Source: Mobula hypostoma
Taxonomy: Eukaryota
DNA: 64,000 bases
Assembly: GCF_963921235.1 (NCBI RefSeq)
Contig: NC_086097.1
Coordinates: 31,374,001-31,438,000 of the forward strand
Direction: 5' to 3'
In this document: piece by piece, positions 12,454 to 26,184 of the stretch
Numbering within the stretch: the stretch's first letter is position 1
How the letters are laid out: each line of letters starts with the position of its first letter
Notes under the pieces: model-generated
What the model was told of the DNA's origin: nothing
What the model saw: the letters and a program-made list of their open reading frames with translations, nothing else
Database searches by the model: none
Made by a program: the position numbers and the translations under genes

Positions 12454-14390
12454 AACAGATCCACAAAGGCTCTCACCACCTGAGTGAAAACTGCCAAAGT
12501 GTTCAGTTGCTCCATCAGTAATAGACTCCAGAAATTTCCCAACAGGTCTTGGGCCAACTGGTCTGTTATTCTTTGTTTCCCCTTTTTCCTTTCTCATGTA
12601 CCAGACTGACATGATAAAATTTCCAATCTAAAGGAACCCTCATCGAGTCAAAGAAGCTTGGAAGTGTGCAATGTCCTCAACAAGTTCCCATCCATGAGAG
12701 ATATGATTTTCTTCATTACAGATATTAACAATTTTTGACAAGTCCCTGAATCAATACTAATTTCCTCAGGATCATTGCTTTGTCCTCTAAAGTAAACATT
12801 TAATCATTCCCATGTCTACCATTTCCTTATTTTAACTTACAATATTTATGTAATTGATTTTAAGAGGCCCACATTGCTCCAAGCTGTTGTTTTAACCTAA
12901 TACAATTGCAAACATGTGTATTGATTTTAATATCTCATTTAAAATTTCATACTGTATATTCTATCTGCTCTTCATAAATGATTAGTCATGTTTTGCTGCC
13001 CTTTGTGTCTCTTCCTGTTGCACAGAATTGCAGATTTTATCCTTCTGTGTTTTTCCTTCATTTTTTTTTCATCATCCAGACTATCTTACTACTTACGGGA
13101 ATAGGCTGGCCCCGATTTCTATAACCTGTTTTAAATATTCCCACTGCTCTACTGGCATTCTACTGTACCTGTGAATCAATCTGCCCAGTTAACCATGAAA
13201 AGTCTGTTTAGGATCTTTCTAGCTATGTCACAACACTGAATTTGATCATAATCATAATAGTTCCTATAAAACAAATGTTGACTCACTGATGGGCTGTTCA
13301 CTAAAACTGGATAATTACCCATAACCAAATCTAACAGCTGTTCCCCTTGCCGGTTGAAACATGTTAGTGCAAGAAACCCACAAAAAGATGACTACACTTC
13401 AGACATGAGCCAATCTGTTTATTTCAAACTAGGTAAAAAGTAAAGTTCCTCCCCACATCTTGTTTGGCACACTAGCTCGAGGCTCAACCCAGCATGGTTG
13501 GAAGGTACAAGGAGCCGGCCAGATTCGAATCTGGGACCACTTGCCTGAAGTCCAGTGCGAATACCACTGCATCATCAGCTAGCTATTTACAAACTAGATC
13601 CAAGTTTAAAATCACCCTGTTTCTGTAACTTATCTAGGCTCAGCAGCTATGCATTCTGCCACTTTACTTGCTATCAGGAAGAGCTGTACATACTTCTTAA
13701 ATCCTTTCCTATATTTTATTCCACCTATAGAACAACTACTGTTTACTTATATCCTCTCTCAATTATTTCATCCCTTATTACTTGGTCTTCTCCATACCCT
13801 CCATACAGTTGTTCCCCCATCTTTCCCCATGCATCTGATAACTTTCTTTAACCACCTCATCCAACATCCATCTCTGTAACCTCTGAAAATAAAAATTGAA
13901 AACTTGTGCCCATCTTCAATTCAAAGCCCAGAGCTTGAAATTGTTTAAAATAAAAACATAGCACATAAATATCTAAAGGCAGCCCTGTGTTCAAGGTTCC
14001 GACAATTCAATACAAACCATTCTTCATCAGTTGGTAAAATAACACTGAACTATCCAATTCTGATATTATAATAAAGACCAGAGAGAAAAGAAACAATTAT
14101 TTTACCCCTGATCGATAGCCAAATGAATCAAAACAATTGTTCACTTTAAAGTTGGAAGCAAAGAGGAGAAACGTACTCCCTGCCTGGGAACCATACCACA
14201 TCTCCAATCTACTCTCACCATCACCATCCCTGATGTAGAACTCCAGAGAATCATTCATCTTTCATTACCTCTCTCAGTTGCCTTCAGTTGGTTTTTAAGA
14301 GCTTCCTAATCATTACTGCTATATTGTATGCCCTCCCTTTTGTTTTATACTGTTTTTGTTAGCCATGGTTACCTCACCTTCCCTTTAGGG

Positions 14391-14449
14391 CAGGGGTTCC
14401 CAACCTTTTTCATGCCATGGACCCCAACCATTAACCAAGGGAACCTCTG
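14391..14449. mobile_element. 59-bp hAT-Charlie-type MITE
   Basis: Termini caggggttccc / gggaacctctg; imperfect 8-bp TSD ctttaggg / ctttagaa. Confidence 0.65.
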
Positions 14450-14709
14450 CTTTAGAATGACCCTCAAAAGAGTCATAAATCTTTAGAACTCCCTTCCTGG
14501 AGAGTTAGAAGTTTGAATTTTTTTGAACAAGAGGTAGATAGATCCATGACTAGTAAAAGGGATGAAATACTGTATGTGGATTTGCTCCAGGCAAAACAGT
14601 GGATCAGGAGCCCAATATCCCACTCATTAAAAGCTTCAGCGAGTGTTGTGCAGAATGGGGCAAAATGGATGACAGGCTCATACTTCCATGATTTCTCAGA
14701 TTTACTTTA

Positions 14710-14985
14710 TTTTAAGATATAGTGCAGAGTAGACCCTTCTGGCCCTTCGAAACATGGCACCAGCAAGCCACCAAATTCAACCCTATCCTATTCACAGGGC
14801 AATTTACAATGACTACAAACCGGTATGTCTGGATTACGGGAGGAAACCAAAGCACCCAGAGGAAATCCATGCATTCCATAGGGAAGGATGTACAAACGCC
14901 TCACAGAGCATACCGGGATCAAACTACGAACTCCAGCACCCCGAGCTGTAAAGCATCACACTAACCGCTACAATACCGTGGCACC
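14710..14985 (-). mobile_element. V-SINE-like element
   Basis: V-domain-like gggaggaaaccaaagcacccagaggaaatccatgc; related fragments at about 10100-10350, 16340-16430, 30345-30490, 33170-33470, 36550-36775 and 62820-63090. Confidence 0.6.
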
Positions 14986-16432
14986 CAATTTATCAACAGA
15001 TTTACCAGCAACTGCTATGAAAACCCCGTGTTTAGTTACACCTTCATTATTATGCTACCTTCTATCCCAACACATTCATGACAAAATAAATTCCCTGAAT
15101 TAAGGGCTGTATGACTGAGTCATGAACACTCACAGGCTCTTCCAGCACGGCTAGTTACACACAAACAAAGCAAATAGAAGGTGGGGCTGAAGACTCTCCT
15201 GCTTGGATGCACTATCACCTGATGCATTTCCAATGACATATGTATGGTATTATGGAAAAGGGGTGGAATTACCAGACAGAGGGGAGCTTGGAGCTGTGAT
15301 TTTGGAATTGCCACAGTAAGCATCACCTATTTGGGCAAGGGAATCAGAATTCAGAATTCATTCAAGGGAGCACATTCTAGCTTAGCAGTCAGCGTAATGC
15401 TTTACAGTGGCAGCAGTCGGGGTTCAACTCCCACCACTGTCTACAAGAAGTTTAAGATGGTGCTGGCGGAGCACAGCAATGACTTGCTGGCAACAAACAA
15501 AACTACTAATCAACTTTATTGATCACACTTTTTCTGGAAAACTAACACTGCAATCAATGGCCTGTAACTTCCCTTTCGGAGTTGAGCTTTTGAACCACAT
15601 GTATGACCTGGCATTTTTGCGGTGTGAAGTGAAGTCCCAAAGGTGCAGGACAGTTGTGGTGTGGCGTGGCATTTATGGGCCAAATCACGGCAGGAAGGCC
15701 CGGGACAAAGACTGGGGAACGAGCCAATGTTTAGCCATCGCTGGTGCAAACTTGGAGCCGATTTGAGGTGGCAAAATTGAGGCGAGGCAGAGTCGAAGTG
15801 GTGGGACCCAGGCCCAAGAGTGAGAAACAGGTTGATATTTGACCAAATTAAGTGCCGGGCGAAATTGGAAAGGACAAGCCTGAAAGCATGTCAAAGCAGC
15901 AAGACCCAGGACAGAGAGCAGGGAATGACCTGCTGTTTGGCTGATTTAAGCACTGGGCCAGGTTGAAAAGGTCAGGGTGTCAGGGCCAGAGGCGAGGGAC
16001 AGGCCAGCATTCAACTCACTGCTCCATCAGACTTATTAGTCTGTGCACTGAACTGAGGCCGTGGCCTGCAACTAACGAGCTCTTGGATCAGCTAAGACTT
16101 GCTCTGTGGCTGCAAACTCACTTTCGTGAACTTCAGTTCTGAATGTTATTGCTTTCTTTTATTGTTTCCAATTTGCTTTTTTTCCCTCTGCATATTGGGT
16201 GCATACGATCTTTCTTTAGTGAGTTTTATTAGGCATCTTTGTTTTGTGACTGCCTGTAAGGAGATGAAACTCAAGGTATATATAGTATACATTCTTTGAT
16301 AATAAATATATTTTGAACTTTGAACATTCTCCCCATAACAGCATGGGTTTCTTCCGGGCGCTCCAGTTTCCTGACACATGTCAGAGGCGTACAGGTTACC
16401 AAGTTGTGGGCATGCTATGTTAGTGCTGGAAG

Positions 16433-16950
16433 CATATCTAAGAAAGGACGTGCTGGCACGGGAACGGGTCCAGAGGAGGTTCACAAATGATCCCAGGAAT
16501 TAAACGGTAAATGTATGAGGAGCATTTGATGGCTCTGGGCCTGTACTCGCTGGAGTTTAGAACAATGGGGGGGGGGGGGAAGAGAGCATATCCCATTGAA
16601 ACCTACCGAATATTGAAAGGTCTAGATAGAGTGGACGTAGAGAAAATGTATCTTATAGTGAGGGGGTCTAGAACCAGAGGGCACAGCCTCAGAATAGAAG
16701 GATGCCCCTTTAGAACAGAGGTGAGGAGGTATTTCCTTAGCCAGAAGGTGATGAATTTATGGAATTTATTGCCACAGACAGCTGTGGAGGCCAAGTCACT
16801 GGGCATAGTTAAAGTGGAGGCTGATAGGTTCTTGATTACCAAGGGCATTAAAAGTTAGAGGGAGAAGGCAGGAGAGTGTGTTTGAGAGGGATAACAAATC
16901 AGCCGGACTGCACAAGAGGCAGAATGGTCTAATTCTGCTCCTATTTCTTA
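16433..16950 (+). mobile_element. CR1-type LINE 3' fragment
   Basis: ORF 16511-16858: LGLYSLEFR..IETYRILKGLDRVDVE..SRTRGHSLRIEG. Confidence 0.85.
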
Positions 16951-17606
16951 TGGAAAGCACGGTGACATTTGCAGGCTTCCCCAAGCACATCCTCGATGCA
17001 ACACATTTTTATTGTAAGTTTCAATATACATGTGACAAAGCAAACCTTTAATCTTTTTTCAAAAAAATCACCCCACAAGCACAGCGCAAACATTCTATGA
17101 AACAAGCATTCCGTTCAGCTCATACCATGCTCAGCAAAAAGCCAAACAGAAACCCATTTTTGGATGCTTGCTGCATACAATGAGAGGTCAACACAAGAAT
17201 GTCATTCACGGTCAAGGCTTTAGTCAGAGGATTTTTTCCCAAAGGATTTTCACACAGAGCTTTGATGCTGTTGAGGTCACATCGCAGAGGCCTCACAGAG
17301 TGGAGGCAGGCTGAGTGCTCCATGGGAAGAATGACGATGACCAGTTCAAGGCTCAGAGAATGCTCATCTCGCCAAGTCAAGCCAAAGTAAATTTATTATC
17401 AAAGTACGTATATGTTACCATATACGACCTTGAGATTCATTTTCTTGCAGCACTTACAGTGAAAGAAATAGAATTTATCAAAACTATACACGACAAAGAC
17501 TGACAGACAATGAGCAAAAGACAAATTGCAAATAATGAGAAAAAGTAAATAAATAATACTGAGAACAGGAGCTATAATCCTTGAAAATGAGTCTATGCAC
17601 AGCAGA

Positions 17607-17919
17607 ACATAAACACGAGGAATTCTGCAGATGCTGGAAATTCAAGCAACACACATCAAAGTTGCTGGTGAACGCAGCAGGCCAGGCAGCATCTCTAGGA
17701 AGAGGTACAGTCGACGTTTCGGGCTGAGACCCTTCGTCAGGACTAACTGGAGGAAGAGCTAGGAAGAGATTTGTAAGTGGGGGGGGGAGGGGAGATCCAA
17801 AATGATAGGAGAAGACAGGAGACGGAGGGATGCGCTCCATTGGCCTGAAACGTCGACTGTACCTCTTCCTAGAGATGCTGCCTGGCCTGCTGCGTTCCCC
17901 AGTAATTTGATGTGTGTTG
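17607..17919 (-). mobile_element. Penelope pseudo-LTR insertion with inverted 5' segment
   Basis: pLTR on minus strand (17611-17832) plus inverted partial copy (17842-17919); 14-bp TSD ctatgcacagcaga (17593-17606, 17920-17933). Confidence 0.88.
17708..17744 (-). ncRNA. Minimal type-I hammerhead ribozyme motif
   Basis: Minus strand: AGTC CTGACGA AGGGTCTCAGCCC GAAAC GTC GACTG. Confidence 0.75.
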
Positions 17920-17959
17920 CTATGCACAGCAGAGTCAGTTCGGTGTGGAGGTGAGTGAG

Positions 17960-18460
17960 GTTCAAAGTACATACACGTCACCATATACAACACTGAGATC
18001 CATTTTCTTGTACACATACTCAATAAATCCAATACACCATACTAGAATCAATGGAAGACCGCACCATCAGAGCGGACAAGCAATGTGCAAAAGACACACT
18101 GGTTCCATCCGGTTCAGATTCCTGATGGTTCAGGGTTATTAACCGTTTCAGAATCTGGTGGTGTGGGACCGAAGGCTTTTGTACCTCTTGCCTAATGGTA
18201 GTAGTGAGAAGAGAGCATGGCCTTGATGATGGAGGCTGCTTTCTTATGGCAGTGTTCCTTGTAAATGTGCTCAATTGTGGGGAGGGCTATGCCTGCTATG
18301 GATTGTGCTGTATCTATCACCTTTTGTAGATTTTTCCATTCTTGAGCACTGGTGTTTCCATACAAGGGCGTGATGAAGCCAGTCAGGTTACTTACCGCTG
18401 TGAATCTATAGGTTTGCCAATGATCAGATAATGTGCCGAATCTACAAAAAAAAGTTCTAA
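17960..18460 (-). mobile_element. Rex1/Babar-type LINE 3' fragment
   Basis: LTGFITPLYGNTSAQEWKNLQKVIDTAQSIAG..LPTIEHIY..KAASII; similar fragments at about 18480-19050, 19740-20165, 21570-22010, 28770-29560 and 31820-32180. Confidence 0.7.
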
Positions 18461-20499
18461 AAAAAGTAGAGACTATAAACCCATTGGAATTCAATATACA
18501 AGAATTGATTTATTGTTGTCACACCTACCAAGATACAGTGAAACGTTTTTGTTTGTGTGCCATCGAGACAGATCATTCTATACACATGTACATCAAGGTA
18601 GAAACTGAATGCAGAATATTGTGTTAGTAACCGAGAAAGTGCAGTGCAGGTAAACTAATAAAGTTCAAGGGCTATGACAAGGTAGGTTGGATGATCAAGT
18701 GTGTTTCTCCCTGTGCAGGAGGTCCATTCAAGAGTCTGACAGCAGTGGGAAAAGAAGCTGCTCGTGAGCATGGTATTATGTATTCTTTTGCATCTTCTGC
18801 CCAACATGAGAGAGAGGAGTGCGTGACCAGATGGGAGGGGTCCTTGATTAAGCCAGCTGTTTTACTGAGGCAGCAGGAATGATCAGTGGAATCAGAGGAG
18901 GGGAGGGTGGTTTGTACGGACCAGGCTGTTTTCACAACTCTGCTCAGTTTCTTGCTGTCATGGGCAGAGCTTCTGCCACACCAAGTCACGATGGGGCAAT
19001 TTCTATGGTACAATTATAAAAACTGGCGACATGCCGAATTTACTTAGCCTTCTGAAGAAGCACAGTGAGAAAAAGATTCCATCAAGTTGAACAATGTGGA
19101 ATGAAGAAACGGGGGGGGGGTGGGAAGGGAGTCTTTTGGGGCATGATGGAGGGCTTCTTGAGCAACAATTTCCTGGAGAAAGTCAGCAGGTCAACCAGCA
19201 TTTGTGGGAGGAAATGAATTGTCAAAGTTCCAGATTAAATCCCTTCTTTGGGGTCATTCAGTGCAGGTGCTAGATATTAAGATTCACTTTATGTTCAGCT
19301 GTAGACGCTATGCCTCTATTCACCCTTTGCTTGGCAGACTTCATCATGAATATATTGTCTGAACTTCCACAGCTCCCTTAGTAGCGAATTCTGAAGATTC
19401 AAAGCTCACTGGATGAAGGAAGTTCTTCTCAACTCAGTCCTGATTGGCCAGTTCCGTCATTCCGTGAACATGACTGCTGGATTTAAAATCTAAATCAAGG
19501 AAAAATATCAATTCCATATCTATACTGTCAAGTCCCTTGTTGAATAAGATCTCTTCTCATTCTTTTAAACTCGTGAGAGTGGCGAATGTGGGCTGGAAAG
19601 GCACATGGTGGAACAGACAAATTTGAAAGTAAACATGTGTGGATGAAGTATTTAGTGGCAGATGCTTTGAGGCAGTTCTCAGATAGGTGGCATTATGGAA
19701 CAGGTCTGCAGGCTATAAAGGTACAGATCAGAATCTCAAAGTTCGAAGTAAATTTATTATCAAGTACATTTATGTCACCATATACAACCATGAGGTTCGT
19801 TTTCTTGGGAGCATATTCAATAAATCTACAATAGAATCAATGAAAGATTGCACCAACTTGGGCATTCAAACAATGTGCAAAAGATACAGACTGTACAGAC
19901 AAGAAAGAAATTATTAGAAATAAAATAAATCAATAAATATTGAGAACATGAGATGAAGAGTCCTCGAGAATGAGTCCATAGCTTATGGGAATGTTTCAAT
20001 GATGAGGCAAGTGAAGTTGAGTGAAGTTATCCCCTCTGCTTCAAGAACCTGATAGTTGAGGGGTAATAACTATTCCCAAACCTGGTGGGTGTAAGTCCTG
20101 ATGCTCCTGTACCACCTTCGTGATGGCAGCAGCACGAAGAGAGCATGTGCTGGGTGGTGGGGTGTCAACTTGCAATAGGACAAATATACACACAGTCAGA
20201 GTCAAAAAACAGAAACATGTTCTTCAGTCCATCTAGTCCATGCTGAACTATTATTTCGCCCAGTCCCATAGCTTTCCAAATCCCTCCCATCCACGTTCAG
20301 AGTGCAAAGTAAATGTATTAAAGTACATATATGTCCTATACAACCCTGAGATTCGTTTTCTTAAATGCTACGCTCAAACCTGCATCTACCACTTCCTCTC
20401 CCACCTCCCTCTGAGTGAAGAAGTTTCCCCATATGCTCCCCTTAAGTATTTCACATTTCACACGAGGGTTTCTTTACACAGCTTGGAAGGAAAAATGAA

Positions 20500-21075
20500 A
20501 GAGCAGATTATCATTTAAATGGTAAAGAACTGCAGCATGCAGCTGTGCAGAGGGACTTGGGAGTGCTTGTGCATGAATCACATAAAGGTGGTTTACAGGT
20601 GCAGCAGCCTATCAAGAAGGCAAATAGGATGTTGGCCTTCATTGGTAAAGGGAGTGAATTAAAGAGCAGGGAGGTTATGCTGCAACTGTACGGGGGGTTG
20701 GTGAGGCAGCACCTGGAGTAATGTGTGCTGTTCTGGTCTTCAAGTTCCTTGGCATCCTCACGTGCTCTGTACACACCAGCTGTGTGATTCGGGGGAGTAA
20801 ATTTAGGACAGAGATGAGGAGGAACTGCTCTTCCCCAGAGAGGGGTGAATCTGTAGAATTCTCTGCCCAATGAAGTAGTGGAGGCTACATCAACAAATAC
20901 ATTTAAGACAAGGTCGGATAGATTTTTGCATAGTAGGGGAATAAAGGGTTATGGGGAAAAGGCAGGCAGGTGGAGATGAGTCCATGGCCAGATCAGCCAT
21001 GATCTTATTGCACAGCAGAGCAGGCTCGACAGGTCAGATGGCCTATTCCTGCTCCTATTTCTTAGGTTCTCATGT
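20500..21075 (+). mobile_element. CR1-type LINE 3' fragment
   Basis: YHLNG..VQRDLGVLVHESHK..IKKANRMLAFI, plus 3' UTR. Confidence 0.8.
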
Positions 21076-22199
21076 TTAACACAGATTCCAAGAAGTCAGA
21101 TGAGACAGATGACACAATTCAAAATGGAATACATTTGCAGGCAAACAATCTCTCACTGCCTTGACATCCATATACACATAACTTGCCAGAGTAAGTCAAG
21201 GTTTATTCACTTTGTTTGCAGATGGAAAGAGCTTCAAAGCTGGGTTTGAAAGAACCAGAAGAGGGATTTTCTGCCAGACTGAAGGACTGATGCTGGTCAT
21301 TAATCAGATCACAGACAACAATGTTCCGGGGCATGTGTTAATCACACAGGACTCGAAGGGCAATACAGCTGTGTGAGACAATGATACACATTTCAGATTA
21401 CAGTGTGGATAAATAGCTCAGGACTGATTAGGCACAAAATTAATCACATTTCCTTCATTGATCCTTTGTTACTTTATCAGAAATACTATCCAGTTAGTTA
21501 AACCAAACTTGTCCATACAAATCCCTGCTTCTTTTCTCGTACCAATCCCCATTTGCTCAAGTGACTGCAAACTTTTGGACTCTGCCCAAAACCTCACAGG
21601 CACATTCCTTTCTACCATCGGTAATATCGGCAGGAGTTACAGCATTAAGGCAACATCCATCAAAGATCCCCACCATCCAGGCCAAGCCATCTTCTCACAA
21701 TTAACACTGAGCTCAAGGTACAGAAGCCTTAAGTTCCAAACCACCAGATTCAAGAACAGCTACTTCCCTTCAACCATTCGGTTCCTGAGCCAAGTTGCGC
21801 AATACTAATCATTGCAGTTTAGCAACATGACGACAGTTTTATTCAGGGTGCACTAAAATGGACTTTGTTTTTGTTCTATGTGTAACTTCTTGTAAATTTG
21901 TGCATAATTTATTTTACATTTTCCTTATGAATGAAGTCACGTGCCTGTGATGCTGCTATATTTTTTCCTGTGCCTACGTGTACTTGTGTAAATGACAATA
22001 ACCTTGACTTTAAGCTACAAACACAAGAGTTTCTGCCGATGCTGAAAATCCAGAGAAACACAAATTCGTTCATGGGGGTGAACCCATGGAGAGCATTTGG
22101 CCCAGCTGATCAACTGGTTTAAGTGTTTACTGACATCTTTAACTTCTCACTTTGGCCAGCTGAATCAAGCAGGCTTCAATTATACTGGTGCCCGAGAAC

Positions 22200-24120
22200 A
22201 TGATAACCTGCCTTAATGACTATGGTCCAGTGGCACTCATAGTTGTTATGCCCAGCGGAGCTGTTCTGACAGGAGAAGGGGCAAAGGTGGGCCACTGGCA
22301 CCTTAAAACCAGTTGCTCCAGGCAGATTGGGCTCATTAACCATGGATGGTAGCTCACCTAGGAGAGGGAAAACTCCAATTTCAAACCTCCGCTGCCTTGC
22401 AGCTATACCCACTCACGGGAAAGGCTTTGGGAGTAAACCCTGAGGAAAAATCTGGAGTCGGAGTCCCGAAGGAGGCTGACTGCTGTACCCAGCACCAGCA
22501 TGGCAACTCCTGCGATGCTGTTGGCACTAAATTGTATTGACTTTCATCGTTCCTTTCGACCTGTCATCAGCATGGGGGGGAAGGGAGTCCCACTGCATGG
22601 ACAACAGACGGATCTCCATATCAACTTTGCCCTGGCTTGTGCCCTGGAGAGGCCACTCCAACCAGTGACTACCAGAGGCGCAGTACGACTGACGGAGGCC
22701 ACACAGCGGCACTTACGTCCACTGGATGAAGGGTTTTGAAAGGTTGGTGATGAAGCACATCAACTCCTCCTGAGAAGCAGCTTGGATCTGCTCCAATTTG
22801 CCTACCACCAACAGGTCCACAAAAGATGCCATTTCACTCTTCACTGAACCCTGGAACATTTCGCCAGCAAAGATACATATATCAGATGCCAGGATGTTCT
22901 TTATCGACTACAGCTCAGCATTCAATACCATCGTTCCCTCAAAGCTAATCAATAAGCTTCAAGACCTTGGTCTCAATACCTCCTTGTGCAATTGGATCCT
23001 CAATTTCCTCATTTGCAGACCCCAGTCAGTTCAGATTTGCAACATCTCCTTCACAATCTCCACCAGCACAGGTGAACCACAAGGCTGTGTTTTTAGTCCC
23101 CTGCTCTACTCACTTTACACTTATGACTGCATTGCTAAGCACAGTTCCAATGCCATATTTAAGTTCGCTAACGACACCACTATTGCTGGCCAAATCAGAG
23201 GTGGTGACAAATCAGAATACAGTAGGGAGACTGAAAATCTGGCTGAATGATGCCACAACAACAACATTTCGTTCAATGTCAGCAAGACCAAGGAGATGAT
23301 TACTGATTTCAATCAGGAGAAGAAACTAGAGGTCCATGAGCAGTCCTCAACAGGGAGTTGGAGAGGGTCAGCAAGTATAAATTCCTCAGTGTTATCATTT
23401 CAGAGGACTTGTCCTAGGCCCAGCATACAAACAGAATTACAAAGAAAGCACAGAAGTGCCTCTACTTCCTTAGAGGCGTGAAGTTTCAGTATAACATCTA
23501 AAACTTTGACAAACTTCTATAGATGCGTGGTGGAGGGTATATTGACTGGTTGCTTCAAAGCCTAGCATGGAAACACCAATGTCCTTGAATGGAAAATCCT
23601 ACATTAAGTAGCGGATACAGCCCAGTCCACCACAGGTAAAGCCCTCCTCACTATTGAGCACATCTACATGGAGTGCTGTCACAGGAAAGTAGCATCCATT
23701 ATAAGGGACCCCCACCAGCTAGGTCATGCTCTCTTCTCACTGCTGAAGACAACACAAGAGCCTCAGGATTCACACCACCAGGTTCAGGAACAGTTGTCAC
23801 CCCTCAACCACCAGGCTCCTGAACTAATGGGGATAACTTCACTTGCCTCTTCACTGAGCTGTTCCTACAACCCATGGACTAACTTTGAAGAATTCTTCAT
23901 CTCATGTTCTCAATATTTATTGTTTATTTATTTATCATTATGTATTTCTTTTGTATTTGGACAGTTTGTTGTCTTTTGCACATGATTGTTTGTCCACCCC
24001 GTTCTGTTCAGCCTTTCACTGATTCAATTATAGTTCTTGGATTTACTGAGTATGCCCGCAAGAAAAAAATGAATCTCAAGGTTGTATTCGGTTGTCATAC
24101 ATGTACTTTGAACTTTACTT
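22200..24120 (+). mobile_element. Rex1/Babar LINE (RT region to 3' end), interrupted at 22240-22703
   Basis: [37 protein letters not shown] and KFANDTT motifs. Confidence 0.88.
22240..22703 (+). mobile_element. 464-bp insertion resembling the 5' region of RTE-clade retrotransposons
   Basis: Flanked by cagtggcactca / cagcggcactta (10/12 TSD); contains ctaggagagggaaaactc..caaacctccgctgccttg..gggaaaggctttgggagtaaaccc, which I recall from RTE 5' UTRs. Confidence 0.5.
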
Positions 24121-24219
24121 TGAAATCACTGGAGGAACTCAGTCCTGATGAAGAGTTTCAGCCCAAAATGTTAGGTAGATAATATGCTGGGTAAATGTTT
24201 AGTTCCTCCAGCATTGGGG

Positions 24220-25635
24220 TACTCCACTGTGAACCCCAAGGCCCTAAAGGAATGCGCTGAGTAGCTGTGTGGAAAACATCACGCGTGGGCCCAGTACTCA
24301 AGAAAGGCCAACCAAAAGTCTTGAATGACTCCTGGTTGCCCTGACCTTATACATCATGACGACCCTAGAGAGACTGGTCCACGCTCACCTCTAACCCCTG
24401 GTCATATCGGCCCTCGATCCCCTGCAGTTTGCCTACCAGAAGCACACTGGAGTTGATGATGCTGTCACCCACCTGCCGAACAGAGCCTACTCCCATTTGG
24501 ATAAGCAGGGCAGCACTGTGAGGGTCATGTTTTTTTTATTTCTCAAGTGCCACCAATACTGTACAGCCAGCCCTCAATGCTGGTGAAAAGGCTCCGTTCA
24601 ATCCAGGCTGGCACTTTCACTGCATCCTGGATAATGGACTACCTGACTGGCAGACCACAGTTTGTGCAGCTTCAGAGCTGTGTGTCAGACATGGCTATCA
24701 GCAGCACTAGGGCCCACATGGGACTATATTAGCTCCTTTACTGTTTACCCTGTACATCTCAGATTTTAGATATAACACTGAGTCATGTCATCGGCAGAAA
24801 TTCTCTGATGACTCAGCATTAGTTGAGTGTATAAAGGGAGGTCGGGAGGATGAATACAGGGCTCTGGTGGAGAACTTTGTCAAATGGTGCAAACTGAATC
24901 ATCTGCAGCTCAATATCAGTAAGACAAAGGAGATGGTGATGGACTTTAGGAAGACTAAGCCTGCGCTGCTCCCTGTTACTATTGATGGTGAGGATGTGGA
25001 TGTGGTGAGGACTTACAAGGACCTGGGGGTGTACCTAGATGACAGACTTGAGTGGAACACCAACACAGAGGCTACGTACAAGAAGAGCCAGAGTCGCCTC
25101 TACTTCCTGAGGAGACAGAGATCCTTTGGGGTATGCAGGCCTCTCCTTCACATGTTCTACCCATCTGTTGTCGCCAGTACACTCTTCTATGGGTGATGAG
25201 CTGGGGCAATGGCATCAACATCAGTGATGCCAACAGGCTTAACAAAATGATTAGAAAGGCTGGCTCTGTTATAGGAGTCAAAATGGACACACTGGAGGCT
25301 GTGGTAGAACAAAGGACTCTATGGAAAATCCTGTCAATTCCGGACAATGTTTCTCACCCTCTCCATTCTACCTTGGCTGAACAGAGGAGCACTCTTAGTA
25401 AGAGACCAAGATAACTGTGCTGCTCCAAAGAGCACTATACAAGGTCATTCTTACTTTCAGCCATAACGCTCTATGAGTCAACCTATAGCCAGGGAAGTGA
25501 TTATCCCCTCCTGCTGGACTGTTTAAGGTAACCAATTTTTATTCTTTTTACTTCTTTTCTAATATTTGTATATCTGTGCACTTGTAATGCTGTGACACTG
25601 TAATTTCGTTCGGGATCAATAAAAGTATCTGCCTA
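24220..25635 (+). mobile_element. Rex1/Babar LINE (second family), RT region to 3' end
   Basis: LDPLQFAY, QKFSDDSAL and FVKWCKLNHLQLNISKTKEMVMDFRK motifs; tail gggatcaataaaagtatct. Confidence 0.88.
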
Positions 25636-26184
25636 TATTAGGTACGTGACTCTCAACTTTAAACTTTAAAATTTTGTCTCCGATTGTTTCCAGACGTTTC
25701 CTTACCACTATGATTAAAATGACTTGCTGATAGTTGCTGGATTTACCTTTATACCCATTCTCGAACAGAGTAACAGTTATAATTCTCCAATCTTTTCAGG
25801 CACCGGCCAATAGCAACATTTTAAAGATTACAAATTATACATTGAAATTTTCCCAGCAACCCAGGAGGTAACCCACCTGAAGATCCACTTAAAGTGCTGC
25901 TAGATTTTCAAATACCTCGCCTTTCTCAAATTTTTGGCCCATCCAGTTTCTCCCAATACTGTCCTTTGCTGAAACTTCATTCTGCAGAGGCAACTTGAAC
26001 TTCCAGGCGTCAAACACTTTAAATCCTCCACTCTATGCTGACCTAGCCAGCTGTTGTCTCTTGCAAGGTTCCAATGAGTTCCAACACAAGAATGAGTAAC
26101 AGCAACCTGCCTAGACACATTGCAGACTGACTCTCCACACAGAATTCAACAATTTCAGGCAACATACTAAACACAAGGTATTCT

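Noticed and set aside
21222..21376. Plus-strand acceptor (tttgtttgcAG) followed by about 51 open codons
   Set aside because: No recognisable protein, weak donor, and opposite strand to the better exon candidate; compatible with chance
24808..24818. ATGACTCAGCA antioxidant-response element
   Set aside because: It is the DDSA codons of the Rex1 RT active site
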